In this document: positions 1 to 8,376 of the stretch, piece after piece
How the letters are laid out: the number at the start of each line of letters is the position of its first letter
Position numbering within the stretch: position 1 is the first letter of the stretch
Assembly (NCBI GenBank): GCA_964509945.1
Contig: CAZDZM010000001.1
Location: 1 to 62,280 of the forward strand
Direction of reading: 5' to 3'
DNA length: 62,280 bases
Source: an uncultured Candidatus Bathyarchaeia archaeon
GTDB taxonomy: Archaea; Thermoproteota; Bathyarchaeia; Bathyarchaeales; Bathycorpusculaceae
Made by a program: the position numbers and the translations under genes
Notes under the pieces: generated by a model
Told to the model about the DNA's origin: nothing
Databases searched by the model: none
Seen by the model: the letters and a program-made list of their open reading frames with translations, nothing else

Positions 1-52
1 CAGATCCTTCCCTCAGAATTAGAACAGGTACACCACCTGTTTGCGCAGACAA
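1..52 (-). CDS. thermosome (group II chaperonin) subunit, 5' tip only; gene runs off the left edge
   Basis: Reverse strand reads TTG-SAQTGGVPVLILREGS. This is 13/16 identical to [16 protein letters not shown] at the N-terminus of the complete thermosome at 43502-45157. Only 17 codons are visible. Confidence 0.45.
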   Translation of the reverse strand, partial: MSAQTGGVPVLILREGS

Positions 53-319
53 ACCCTTATTCCTCCGCAAATCATCATTATTAATTGATTCAGTTAAAGT
101 TTTCTTAATTTTAACTCTGAACCTAATCGTGCACTCATCTGCGTCTTCTTCAAAAAATCAGGATGGCTCTCGCCTAGCCATACCCGCATGGGTCATAGAA
201 TTCCATCAGTACTTCCTTAATTACTTCTTCCATAACATTGCAATGCCAAAGAATTGTAGCGCGCTCTACTGAAAAATTAAGGATATTGCAAGGTGAGTCT
301 AAGCCTTAAATATGTTCAC

Positions 320-493
320 GGCCCATTGAGGCGATCTCTTGGTCGCCACATGGCCTTTCACCGTTTTGGCCACGCGGCTCACCGCCTCGATGCAACGCTT
401 GCAATGGCCAGCCCATTGGGGCAACGTCTTCAGCGCGTATCGACTTTCAGCTGTTTTAATTGACACGCTCATTGCCTCAACGCACTGCAATAA
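320..493. repeat. GC-rich tandem repeat, two units of about 87 bp (320-406 and 407-493)
   Basis: Both units open with GCCCATTG(A/G)GGC. They share ordered blocks CTTTCA, GTTTT, CACGC, GCCTC and TGCAAT. The stretch is open on both strands. The minus frame gives CxEAxS..KT...PQWA twice. Several short hairpins are present, e.g. GGCGA-TCTCTTGG-TCGCC and CAATGG-CCAGC-CCATTG. Confidence 0.45.
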
Positions 494-1004
494 AAGTGGG
501 CTCCCCAACTCGCAACTAATATTTCCACAGGCTTCAATATAAAAGTCTTGTACAAAATTCTAAATCAATTTGGCAATAGAATTGGATCGCGCTAGGGCTC
601 CAGAGACCCTACTTAAAAACCGTTTCACGCGTCGCCCGCACAAGGTAAGAATAAAAACAGGACTAACTTAACGTACTCAAGCGTGCCATTTTTTCACGTG
701 GACTCAGAAGATTTTACACGCGCCAAAGAAATCTTTTTTTCCATTGCTCATTCACATTATGGCGTTTGCAGTCGCCGCCTAGCCCACATCATGTCAGCAT
801 CGGTTTGGAATTTCGAATCAGCAAAGCCCATGTGATTACGCTTACTTCTGTTAACCATTCTTGTTCCCATTCTCTTTTATTATGCTTTGAAAAGGCTCTA
901 TTATTCAATAGGCCAAGCCTAGAGTATAAAAGAAAACTCTTCACCTAAAGATGTGCCTCAGCTCTTATAAAGGCATGGGTCAAAAGCGCGCGTGATGAGG
1001 CTTG

Positions 1005-1229
1005 CTATCCCAGTAGGACTTCCAATATCAATTTGTGACGCAAAACTTCAGCAAGGTCTTCTCTCTCTATAGCATCTTCCAGAGCATCAAGTTCTCTTAT
1101 TACAGACTTTCTCATTTCCTCGTTAATTCTTTGATTGATCTCTCTCATTCGTCTCTGATATAATTCGTCCGCTTCTCCTCTAAGTCTCCAATAACGCTCC
1201 AGCAAAGATTCTTTTTTGGTTTGTTCCAT
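1005..1229 (-). CDS. hypothetical small charged helical (coiled-coil-like) protein
   Basis: 74-aa ORF rich in E/R/L with heptad-like spacing. No family recognised. Confidence 0.35.
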   Translation of the reverse strand: MEQTKKESLLERYWRLRGEADELYQRRMREINQRINEEMRKSVIRELDALEDAIEREDLAEVLRHKLILEVLLG

Positions 1230-1352
1230 TATTTACACCTTTCTCAATTATTTCGCTTGGTTTGCCCTGGTTCATAGTTTGTATCGACGCGTATTAATAA
1301 GCTAGTACATGTAAGAAAAGAAGATAAGAGTCTCTGCTCTCATGTAGGAAGA

Positions 1353-1362
1353 GGCGCGCGCC
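1353..1362. repeat. GC palindrome GGCGCGCGCC, member of the GCGCGC-core motif set
   Basis: Perfect 10-bp palindrome about 90 bp upstream of the ATG at 1449. Confidence 0.5.
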
Positions 1363-1448
1363 TAGTGTGTGATACTAGTGGCAGCGTACGCGTTTGCAAG
1401 AGTTTGTCGACGGTCTCTGGTGGTCGGGTTATGGGGTTGAGTCGGTTT

Positions 1449-1604
1449 ATGTCCAGAAAGGAGATTCTAATAGATGACGCTGGATGGGGAGACCTTATAC
1501 TAGGCGTGGTAATTGGCGCCCTAAAACCTCCAGACCGCCGGTACATGGAACGCAGGATTCCAGTCTCATCCTTCCAGCCGCCAAACTTCAAAACCCACGA
1601 CTAA
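1449..1604 (+). pseudogene. 5' stump of an unidentified gene (MSRKEILIDDAGWGDLILGVVIG...)
   Basis: ATG-initiated frame stops after 51 codons, exactly where the integrase-like frame begins to show similarity. The IDDAGWG segment loosely recalls the RNase HII IDEAGRG N-terminal motif, which is weak evidence. Confidence 0.3.
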
Positions 1605-1879
1605 AAGCCATCACTTTCCACACCTTCCGACATTGGAAAGCCACAATGGAATACCATAAAACACACGACATATTCCATGTCCAGCGACTCCTCGGACACA
1701 AAAACATCCAGAACACAGCAATCTACATAACCTTGGAAAACAGCATATTCCAAACCAAAGAAGACGATTTTCACGCCGCCGTTGCAAAAACCTTAGAAGA
1801 AGCATGCAAACTAGTCGAAGTAGGCTTTGAATTCGTCTGCAGCATGGACAATGCCAAAATCTTCAGAAAGCGAAAATAA
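1484..1879 (+). pseudogene. tyrosine recombinase/integrase, C-terminal catalytic remnant
   Basis: ITFHTFRHWKAT ... LLGHKNIQNTAIYITL carries the HxxR box, the LLGH box and the Tyr nucleophile. Recognisable similarity starts near 1580. The N-terminal ~200 aa of a normal integrase, including the first catalytic Arg, are absent. Confidence 0.7.
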
Positions 1880-1946
1880 AAGATAAAGATGAAAAATAAA
1901 AGGTAAAGTTTAAAATGCCCTCTGAATAGTAAATGTTCACATTGCA

Positions 1947-4094
1947 TTGAACGCGCTCACCAAACAGACGGAGAGTAAATTTGACTTGAAGACAAACATC
2001 GCTGTGGTTGCTCTCTTAATCCTACTAACTGTGGCATCTATTTTCACCTTGTTTCTGCCAATTGTGAACGCTGCTGAGGTCGAAATAACTTCTGTCTCTC
2101 CATCATCACAGCTGGGGAAAGTCGGAGAAGATGTCCGCGTTATCGGAACAATAAACACGACAGATGGTAGATATCAAATATGGTTTGGCAGCGAACTGAT
2201 TGTTGACAAAACCGCTAGCGGAAATAGTGTGGACTTAAACTTCACAGTTCCAGAGCTTCCGGGTGGAAACTACACAATAACCTTAATAGATGTTGATAGA
2301 AATCTTAACACCACAACTTGGTTCTACTTAGAAACCGCATATTATGTCGAGGCGGTGGTGCCTGCACTTCCCGAGCTACTGCAAGAAAGCGACAGTGTTG
2401 TTTTAAACGTCACCGTCACTGGGGGTGAACCAGACACAGTATATTACGCAGACCTTACAGTGAAGCTTCCAGAACCTCTCAACACAAACTACTCAGCTCT
2501 AATGGCGCTCCCAAATACAGCTAATACAGGCAAAGCATACGCAAGTATTACATTCCCACATGCGACCCTGTTTCAGCCTTCTGGCTCAAACACTAACTAT
2601 ACGGGTTTATATGCCGTGTATTTCAACAAGACTCAGAACTTCGCGGAAACTGAATTCTTCATAGGTTTCACAGAGAAAAGCGAATATCACAGAGAAGAAC
2701 TTGTGGAAGTAAGAGCCATAGGTTATCAGCCAACCGAAACGGCAAAAATTACGGTAACGTACGCGAAGACTGGTGCGACGTTATATTCTGAAGTAATAAA
2801 TGCTTCAGAGCAGGGAATAATGAGCACAACGTGGCTCGTTCCATGGAACGCTTCCATCGGCAACTACAACATAACAATAACTTCAGAAAGTACAGCAAAA
2901 CCCGTGCGAGATTCCCAACTCTTCAGCGTTCTAGGGTATCCAATAGAAGTTTACACTCGCAACTTGGCTGGAGACTTTATGCCTCAAACGCTGGTGGAAG
3001 CCAATGACGAAGCAACAAACTCAAGATTTGGCAACGTAAGCGACAACAATGGAACAGCCCGTCTGTGGCTTGAAAAAGGCAATCATACCCTTGAAGCCTT
3101 TTGGAAAGACGTGAAGGTCGGCGAAACGCGCGTGCTCATAGCTGGAAAGAGTATGTATAATCTTACATGTGAACTGTCTACGGTAAAAGTATTGGTCAAG
3201 GACAAAAGCGAGAAGCTGATCCCATTCGTCTACGTGAACATTACCTATCAGTATGTTACCACTAAGGACAGCAGGCTCGAGAATGGAAGCGCAACAGGCC
3301 AAACCGACATCTTGGGCGAATTTCACTTCAACTCTGCGCTTCCTCACATAAACTACACCATAAACGCTTCTCGTTATGGAATAGTTTTTAATGCTAACAA
3401 TAATACCGTACTAAATTTGCCGGCGGAACCTGTATCCCAAACAACGATACTTTGTCCTGTTAGAACGTTGACACTAAAAACGCTGGAATACCACCGTGCC
3501 CCACTCGCAAATGCACACATAGAAGTGATTGAACAAACAGATGGAACATTTTACAGCGATGCAACCAACGACGCTGGAACAACAACCATTAACGCCGCGT
3601 TCGGAAAATACAAAGTAAGAGTTTACATCGATAACATTATGTTAAACGAGACTATTATTGAATTATTCAATGACACGAACCGCGATATTTATTGCAGCCT
3701 TTATAATTTGACGGTTTCACTGAGTCTAGCAGATTATTTTGGACAGCCAATTCCAAACGCAAATGTGACTTTGCGTCGAGAGAATATGCCGCTACAGTCA
3801 ATAATGACACAACGTAGCGGTGTGGCCACCTTTAACAACGTCATCGGTGGAACCATGCAGATAGAAGTGTACCTTCCAAGCCAACCCGGGTCATATGTAG
3901 CAATGAGTCCCTTGATCAATGAACCAGTGGAAATTGAAATTAAAGTTGACAAGTACGTGGTGCTAGGCAGCGCCCTCGTTGAAACGGGCTATTTAGCAAC
4001 TTTTATGATAGTTTTGGCAACGGTGATTTTGCTTCTTTGCCTAGAAATTTACAGAAAGAGGGGCCAATTAAGGCTAAAGAAAAGCGGAAGTTAG
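1947..4094 (+). CDS. cell-surface (S-layer-like) glycoprotein with N-terminal signal/TM and C-terminal TM anchor
   Basis: TTG start. Hydrophobic N-terminus IAVVALLILLTVASIFTLFLPIVNA. C-terminal TM LATFMIVLATVILLLCLEIY followed by RKRG. About 30 N-x-S/T sequons. Repeated beta-rich segments resemble the carboxypeptidase-regulatory-like fold. Confidence 0.65.
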   Translation: MNALTKQTESKFDLKTNIAVVALLILLTVASIFTLFLPIVNAAEVEITSVSPSSQLGKVGEDVRVIGTINTTDGRYQIWFGSELIVDKTASGNSVDLNFTVPELPGGNYTITLIDVDRNLNTTTWFYLETAYYVEAVVPALPELLQESDSVVLNVTVTGGEPDTVYYADLTVKLPEPLNTNYSALMALPNTANTGKAYASITFPHATLFQPSGSNTNYTGLYAVYFNKTQNFAETEFFIGFTEKSEYHREELVEVRAIGYQPTETAKITVTYAKTGATLYSEVINASEQGIMSTTWLVPWNASIGNYNITITSESTAKPVRDSQLFSVLGYPIEVYTRNLAGDFMPQTLVEANDEATNSRFGNVSDNNGTARLWLEKGNHTLEAFWKDVKVGETRVLIAGKSMYNLTCELSTVKVLVKDKSEKLIPFVYVNITYQYVTTKDSRLENGSATGQTDILGEFHFNSALPHINYTINASRYGIVFNANNNTVLNLPAEPVSQTTILCPVRTLTLKTLEYHRAPLANAHIEVIEQTDGTFYSDATNDAGTTTINAAFGKYKVRVYIDNIMLNETIIELFNDTNRDIYCSLYNLTVSLSLADYFGQPIPNANVTLRRENMPLQSIMTQRSGVATFNNVIGGTMQIEVYLPSQPGSYVAMSPLINEPVEIEIKVDKYVVLGSALVETGYLATFMIVLATVILLLCLEIYRKRGQLRLKKSGS

Positions 4095-4215
4095 AACTCT
4101 AATAAGGAGCTTGAGGTAAAAAAGTTTATATTGAGTCTTATGAATATTTTTGTTTGGAGAAATTAGTGACGCAACAGTGAAATTTTGTAAAGAAAATTCA
4201 TGGGTTGTGTAGCCA

Positions 4216-4503
4216 TTGTCGCAAGTTAAATCGTGTTCTCCAAAATGCCAATCCTTTAAATGTGCTAAGAATGCTGCGTTCTACCGCCGCGATGGTATAT
4301 GGTGCAGATGGACCGAAGAAATTTGCAACGTTGCAAACTGCAGTTATGCTATATGCCTAAAAAGGCGTTTGCTTCCAAGAGGGGTCTGTGGAGAAACTGT
4401 GAAAAGAAAAACTGTTGAGAGGCAACCTGAAGAATTTATCAGCCCAACCATAAAGCTTCGCGGAAAGGCTCTGCGTAAAATCGGAGAAAAAGAAATCTTC
4501 TAA
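4216..4503 (+). CDS. hypothetical Cys-rich (probable zinc-binding) small protein
   Basis: 95-aa ORF with 10 Cys in the first 58 residues (CSPKC..C...C...C..C..C) and a basic tail. No family recognised. Confidence 0.45.
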   Translation: MSQVKSCSPKCQSFKCAKNAAFYRRDGIWCRWTEEICNVANCSYAICLKRRLLPRGVCGETVKRKTVERQPEEFISPTIKLRGKALRKIGEKEIF

Positions 4504-4570
4504 TGGTTTGACTGAGGCACGGAAAAGGCCAGTTCTGCTGTTGAACTGCTGCTCTTCCTAACTTCCTTTT

Positions 4571-4738
4571 TTATTTTGCTTGAACACGCTTAACAACAGG
4601 TGGCTTTACTTTTTTCAAAATCCTATATCCACAGATTATGCACTTTGTTTCTCCACCGCGGAGTTCCAATTCCTCTGAAGGAACTTTTGCTCCACATTTC
4701 GTGCATTCATAAGCAATTCCGCCTGCTATTTTCTCCAC
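4571..4738 (-). CDS. rpoP: DNA-directed RNA polymerase subunit P (Rpo12)
   Basis: 55-aa GTG-initiated frame, below the ORF-track cut-off: MEKIAGGIAYECTKCGAKVPSEELELRGGETKCIICGYRILKKVKPPVVKRVQAK. It has the zinc ribbon CxxC...CxxCG-R-IL-K typical of RpoP. GAGG lies about 9 nt upstream and a TAG stop lies 5 codons upstream. Confidence 0.75.
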   Translation of the reverse strand: MEKIAGGIAYECTKCGAKVPSEELELRGGETKCIICGYRILKKVKPPVVKRVQAK

Positions 4739-4824
4739 AGCTTTTTCCTCTTTCTACAAAGGAGAGATTATTTTGCTTTTAAATGTTTCCGGTGCTTTAT
4801 ATTTAGCGAAAGGATGAACTGAGC

Positions 4825-5688
4825 TTGAAGGAGTGCCTGAAAAGAACTCTTTCAGAATCTCTTACTCATGGAGACTTGGCCAACATTTACAGTTCTTATG
4901 ACATTGTAGGCAGCATAGCGATCATACGCTTGACAGAGGTCTCCAAAAAGTATAGCCAGACCATTGCGAAAGCAGTTATGAGTGTTCATAAAAACGTGAA
5001 GACAGTGCTTGCTCAGGCGAGTCCAGTTAAGGGAGATTTTAGGCTTCGAAAATTAGAGTATGTCACAGGCGAAAATAGAACAAAAACTCTTCATAAAGAG
5101 TCAATGTGTCTATTCGCCGTTGACTTGGAGAAATGCTATTTTTCTCCTAGACTTTTCTATGAAAGAATGCGGATCGCGAAGCTAACGAAGAAGGACGAAG
5201 TTGTTGTCAACATGTTTGCGGGAGCTGGCTGCTTTTCCATAGTTATTGCCAAGCGCTCAGGTGCAGCAAAAGTATACTCAATTGACATCAACCCAGCAGC
5301 GTTTCAGCTTATGCAAGAAAATGTTCGATTGAACCGTGTTTATGGAAGAATGATTCCAATTTTTGGCAATGCAAAGGAAGTTATTGAAAAAGAACTGTGC
5401 CATGCAGCTGACAGAGTTCTTATGCCCTTACCCGAAAAAGCCTTTGAATATCTACCCACCGCCTTATTAGCCTTAAAAGAAACTGGAGGTTGGCTACATT
5501 ATTACGATTTTGTGCATGCAAAGAAAACAGCAAATCCCTTGGAGAGGATTAGGCTGAAAGTGGCTGAGAAACTCACTAGTTTGGACGTAGGATTTGAGAT
5601 TCCCTTCCACCGCGTTGTTAGAACAATTGGGCCAAACTGGTATCAAGTTGTCTTAGATATCCGTGTTAAGCGATTTGAAAAATTTTAA
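4825..5688 (+). CDS. class I SAM-dependent methyltransferase, Trm5/Taw22 (Met-10+) family tRNA methyltransferase
   Basis: VVNMFAGAGCFSIVIAK (SAM motif I), YSIDINPAA, and overall Met-10+ like architecture. Confidence 0.75.
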   Translation: MKECLKRTLSESLTHGDLANIYSSYDIVGSIAIIRLTEVSKKYSQTIAKAVMSVHKNVKTVLAQASPVKGDFRLRKLEYVTGENRTKTLHKESMCLFAVDLEKCYFSPRLFYERMRIAKLTKKDEVVVNMFAGAGCFSIVIAKRSGAAKVYSIDINPAAFQLMQENVRLNRVYGRMIPIFGNAKEVIEKELCHAADRVLMPLPEKAFEYLPTALLALKETGGWLHYYDFVHAKKTANPLERIRLKVAEKLTSLDVGFEIPFHRVVRTIGPNWYQVVLDIRVKRFEKF

Positions 5689-5727
5689 TAAATATGTCTT
5701 GTTATTTGTGTAAATAAGTGAGGCAAA

Positions 5728-6012
5728 ATGAAAGCGAAATTAATGGATATACTTGCCTGTCCAATAGATAAGCATTACCCACTTGAATTATTTGTCTTTG
5801 AAGAAAAAGACGAAATAGTTGAAGGCTTAATCCTTTGCCCGAAATGCTTTAGATGGTACCCAATTCGTGATGAAATTCCCGAGATGTTACCAGACGAACT
5901 GCGAAAAGAAAATGAAGACTTACCGTTCCTGAAAAAATGGAAGGAGAAAGTTCCTGAAAAAATATTGACAGAAGGTAAACCATTCAGTTTGAAGATTAAA
6001 AAAGCGAAATGA
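5728..6012 (+). CDS. Trm112-like (DUF343) small zinc-ribbon protein
   Basis: MDILACPIDKHYPLEL ... GLILCPKCFRWYPIRDEIPEML matches the Trm112 family pattern. The first knuckle is degenerate, with a single Cys. Confidence 0.7.
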   Translation: MKAKLMDILACPIDKHYPLELFVFEEKDEIVEGLILCPKCFRWYPIRDEIPEMLPDELRKENEDLPFLKKWKEKVPEKILTEGKPFSLKIKKAK

Positions 6013-6030
6013 AAATTCACTTTATTCTTC

Positions 6031-6975
6031 TTACAGCTTGACCACTTTGCCCTTTGCTGAAGATTTTAGGGCTGCCTCAGCCATTTGAAGGGCCTTTAAG
6101 CCGTCAACCCCGGTTACTATGGGCTTTTCCTTTTCCAAAATGCATTTTGCAAAATGCTGAAGTTCAAGTTTTAAGGGTTCTTGCCACGCATATCTTGGTT
6201 GCACATTTCCCTTTGCATCTTCAATTGTTAATTCCTGCGTAACATAGTCAAGCTTCAATATTGCCTCGCTTCCGGTAACTATTAATGTTCGTGTTTTGTA
6301 AGGTGTCAGCCAGTTAGATTCTATAAACGCACTCTTTCCGCTTTCATAAGTAAGCATTATTTGAGCATAATCTTCAAATTTCTTGTGTTTCATGTTTCCT
6401 GTTTTTGCGTAGACGAACACCGGATCTTCTTTGAAAATGTATCTCATGACATCTAGGTCATGGATTGCAGTGTCTTTAACTACTCCAACGTCGCCTACTC
6501 TTTCTGGCCACTGTGATACTCTCTTTGCTGTGGCACATACAAGATCGCCTATCTTCTTGTTTTCAACTGCTTCTCGAATGTGTTTTAGTCCTGGAATAAA
6601 CCGCATCAAAAAACCCACCGTTAGATGTAATCCTTCTTTTTCTGCTATTTCTAAAAGGGCCTTTGCTTGTTTCACGTTTGCAGCCATGGGCTTTTCAACT
6701 AAAACGTGTTTTCCTACTTCCAGGGCTTTTAACGCCTCTCTTGCAAGGCTTGTCGACCATGTGCATACGCTTACTGCCTCGATTTCTTTGTTTTCCAGCA
6801 TTTTTGTACTATTTGTGTAGGGCTTTGCACCGAACTGATTGGCTATATTTTTTGCTCTTTCAGCATCCATATCACAGACGGCTTTTAGCTCTGTTTCAGC
6901 GAGCTCTTTGTAGACTCTTGCATGGTTTTTTCCCCAGAAGCCGGTTCCTATTACCGCTACACCCAGCTTTTTCAC
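6031..6975 (-). CDS. Gfo/Idh/MocA family NAD-dependent sugar oxidoreductase (UDP-sugar 3-dehydrogenase-like)
   Basis: KLGVAVIGTGFWGKNHARVY Rossmann N-terminus, EKP motif (VLVEKPMA), and nucleotide-sugar operon context. Confidence 0.8.
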   Translation of the reverse strand: MKKLGVAVIGTGFWGKNHARVYKELAETELKAVCDMDAERAKNIANQFGAKPYTNSTKMLENKEIEAVSVCTWSTSLAREALKALEVGKHVLVEKPMAANVKQAKALLEIAEKEGLHLTVGFLMRFIPGLKHIREAVENKKIGDLVCATAKRVSQWPERVGDVGVVKDTAIHDLDVMRYIFKEDPVFVYAKTGNMKHKKFEDYAQIMLTYESGKSAFIESNWLTPYKTRTLIVTGSEAILKLDYVTQELTIEDAKGNVQPRYAWQEPLKLELQHFAKCILEKEKPIVTGVDGLKALQMAEAALKSSAKGKVVKL

Positions 6976-8366
6976 TTTTTCCAGACTCCTCTTCCTAAAC
7001 CGCGATATATGAAACCTTCTTTTTCAACTTTGTCTGGTTCAATTATTCCTTCAAAATCAATAATGGCCGCTGGCATTTTCATTATTACTTTTAACTTCCT
7101 AAAGTTTGGCCGCTTAAACTGGTCGTGTCCAGTTAGTATTATTGCGCAGTCCGTGCCTTCTAGGGCTTGCAACATGCTTCTCTTGAATGGATAAGGAGTT
7201 TCTGTCAGTTCATTTTCTGAAATATATGGGTCGTGGAGAGTGATTTTTGCACCTTTAGCTCCCAAAATTTCAGCAAGTGTTTTTGCCGCGATTTTTTGGG
7301 GAGTTTTCATGTTTGCCGTTTTTGTAAGTCCGAGTAGAGCAATTCTTGCCCTTCTCAATGTTTTTCCGCAGTCTCTTAAAGCGCTTTGAGTCAGGTTTAC
7401 TGCATGTTTGAATATCTCCTCATTTGCTTCTCTGGCAATGGGAGTGATGCAGAGTTTTGCGTTAAGGTTTTCTGCATCTTCAAGGAGAAGATAAGTTTCT
7501 TTTTGATCATTTTCTTCTGCCAGTGTCGGCAGAGAAACCCCGCTAGGTGAACTGCTATTTAGTAACTTGAAGATTTCAAGGTAATCCCAGCTCGCTTTTT
7601 CGCAGAAGATGGCAAGTTCGTTAGTAAGGGCTAAGTTCACATCTCTTTGCACAGCCTCAAAAAGGACGGCTAATTCCGCCGTTTTTATATTTAGTGTTTT
7701 TTTGGTGCTTTTTTTTGTGATTGTTTCTAGAATCATTGATGCGGAGTTTAAGCTGTTTTTTTCCGAGGCTGCAACTTTTAGCTCTTGTTTGATCAGAGAT
7801 TCCATTGTTTGTTCTCTAGGAATTTGAATTGGACTATACGCCAAACCAAAGTCAATTCCAACTTTAAGCCCTGAAGTGTTTTCCAAAATTTTTCCAATTA
7901 CACCTTCTGTAAAGCCAAATCCAACAATGCCCACGGCAATAACCAATGAGCCACGGCGAAGGTCTGAACCTACTTGTTTACAAACATTCTCTATTTCTGA
8001 GTAATCAACTTTTTTCTTTTCGTCAATTTTAGCAGAGGTAGTTATGACAATAACGTCGCTCTGCGAAACTACGTTTTTTAGGTCAGTTGTGGCTCTTACG
8101 TGGCCTGTTTTTACTAGTGCCCTGAGTCTGGATTCCACTTCTTGATTCATGAGAGGCGCTTTTCCTTTGTTGAGCAAGTTCACCACTGTTGGGTTTGAAT
8201 CCATGCATGTGACTTTGAATCCGGCCTCAGCAAAAAGACAAGCACACAAAACGCCTACGTGTTCACATCCTAAAATACTAACCACGTATTTTTCACGCTT
8301 TTCCGTGGTATCAATCTCTTCTGGCTGTAAGTTCAAAACTGAGGGTGACATGTAAGCGCTCTCCAT
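6972..8366 (-). CDS. UDP-glucose/GDP-mannose dehydrogenase family protein, divergent (possibly non-catalytic)
   Basis: Family-like central and C-terminal regions (NELAIFCEK..., ALLGLTKTANM...). The N-terminal glycine motif reads ILGCEHVG, and the segment aligned by eye to the catalytic GGxC box contains no Cys. Confidence 0.65.
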   Translation of the reverse strand: MESAYMSPSVLNLQPEEIDTTEKREKYVVSILGCEHVGVLCACLFAEAGFKVTCMDSNPTVVNLLNKGKAPLMNQEVESRLRALVKTGHVRATTDLKNVVSQSDVIVITTSAKIDEKKKVDYSEIENVCKQVGSDLRRGSLVIAVGIVGFGFTEGVIGKILENTSGLKVGIDFGLAYSPIQIPREQTMESLIKQELKVAASEKNSLNSASMILETITKKSTKKTLNIKTAELAVLFEAVQRDVNLALTNELAIFCEKASWDYLEIFKLLNSSSPSGVSLPTLAEENDQKETYLLLEDAENLNAKLCITPIAREANEEIFKHAVNLTQSALRDCGKTLRRARIALLGLTKTANMKTPQKIAAKTLAEILGAKGAKITLHDPYISENELTETPYPFKRSMLQALEGTDCAIILTGHDQFKRPNFRKLKVIMKMPAAIIDFEGIIEPDKVEKEGFIYRGLGRGVWKK

Positions 8367-8376
8367 ACTTTGCCTT

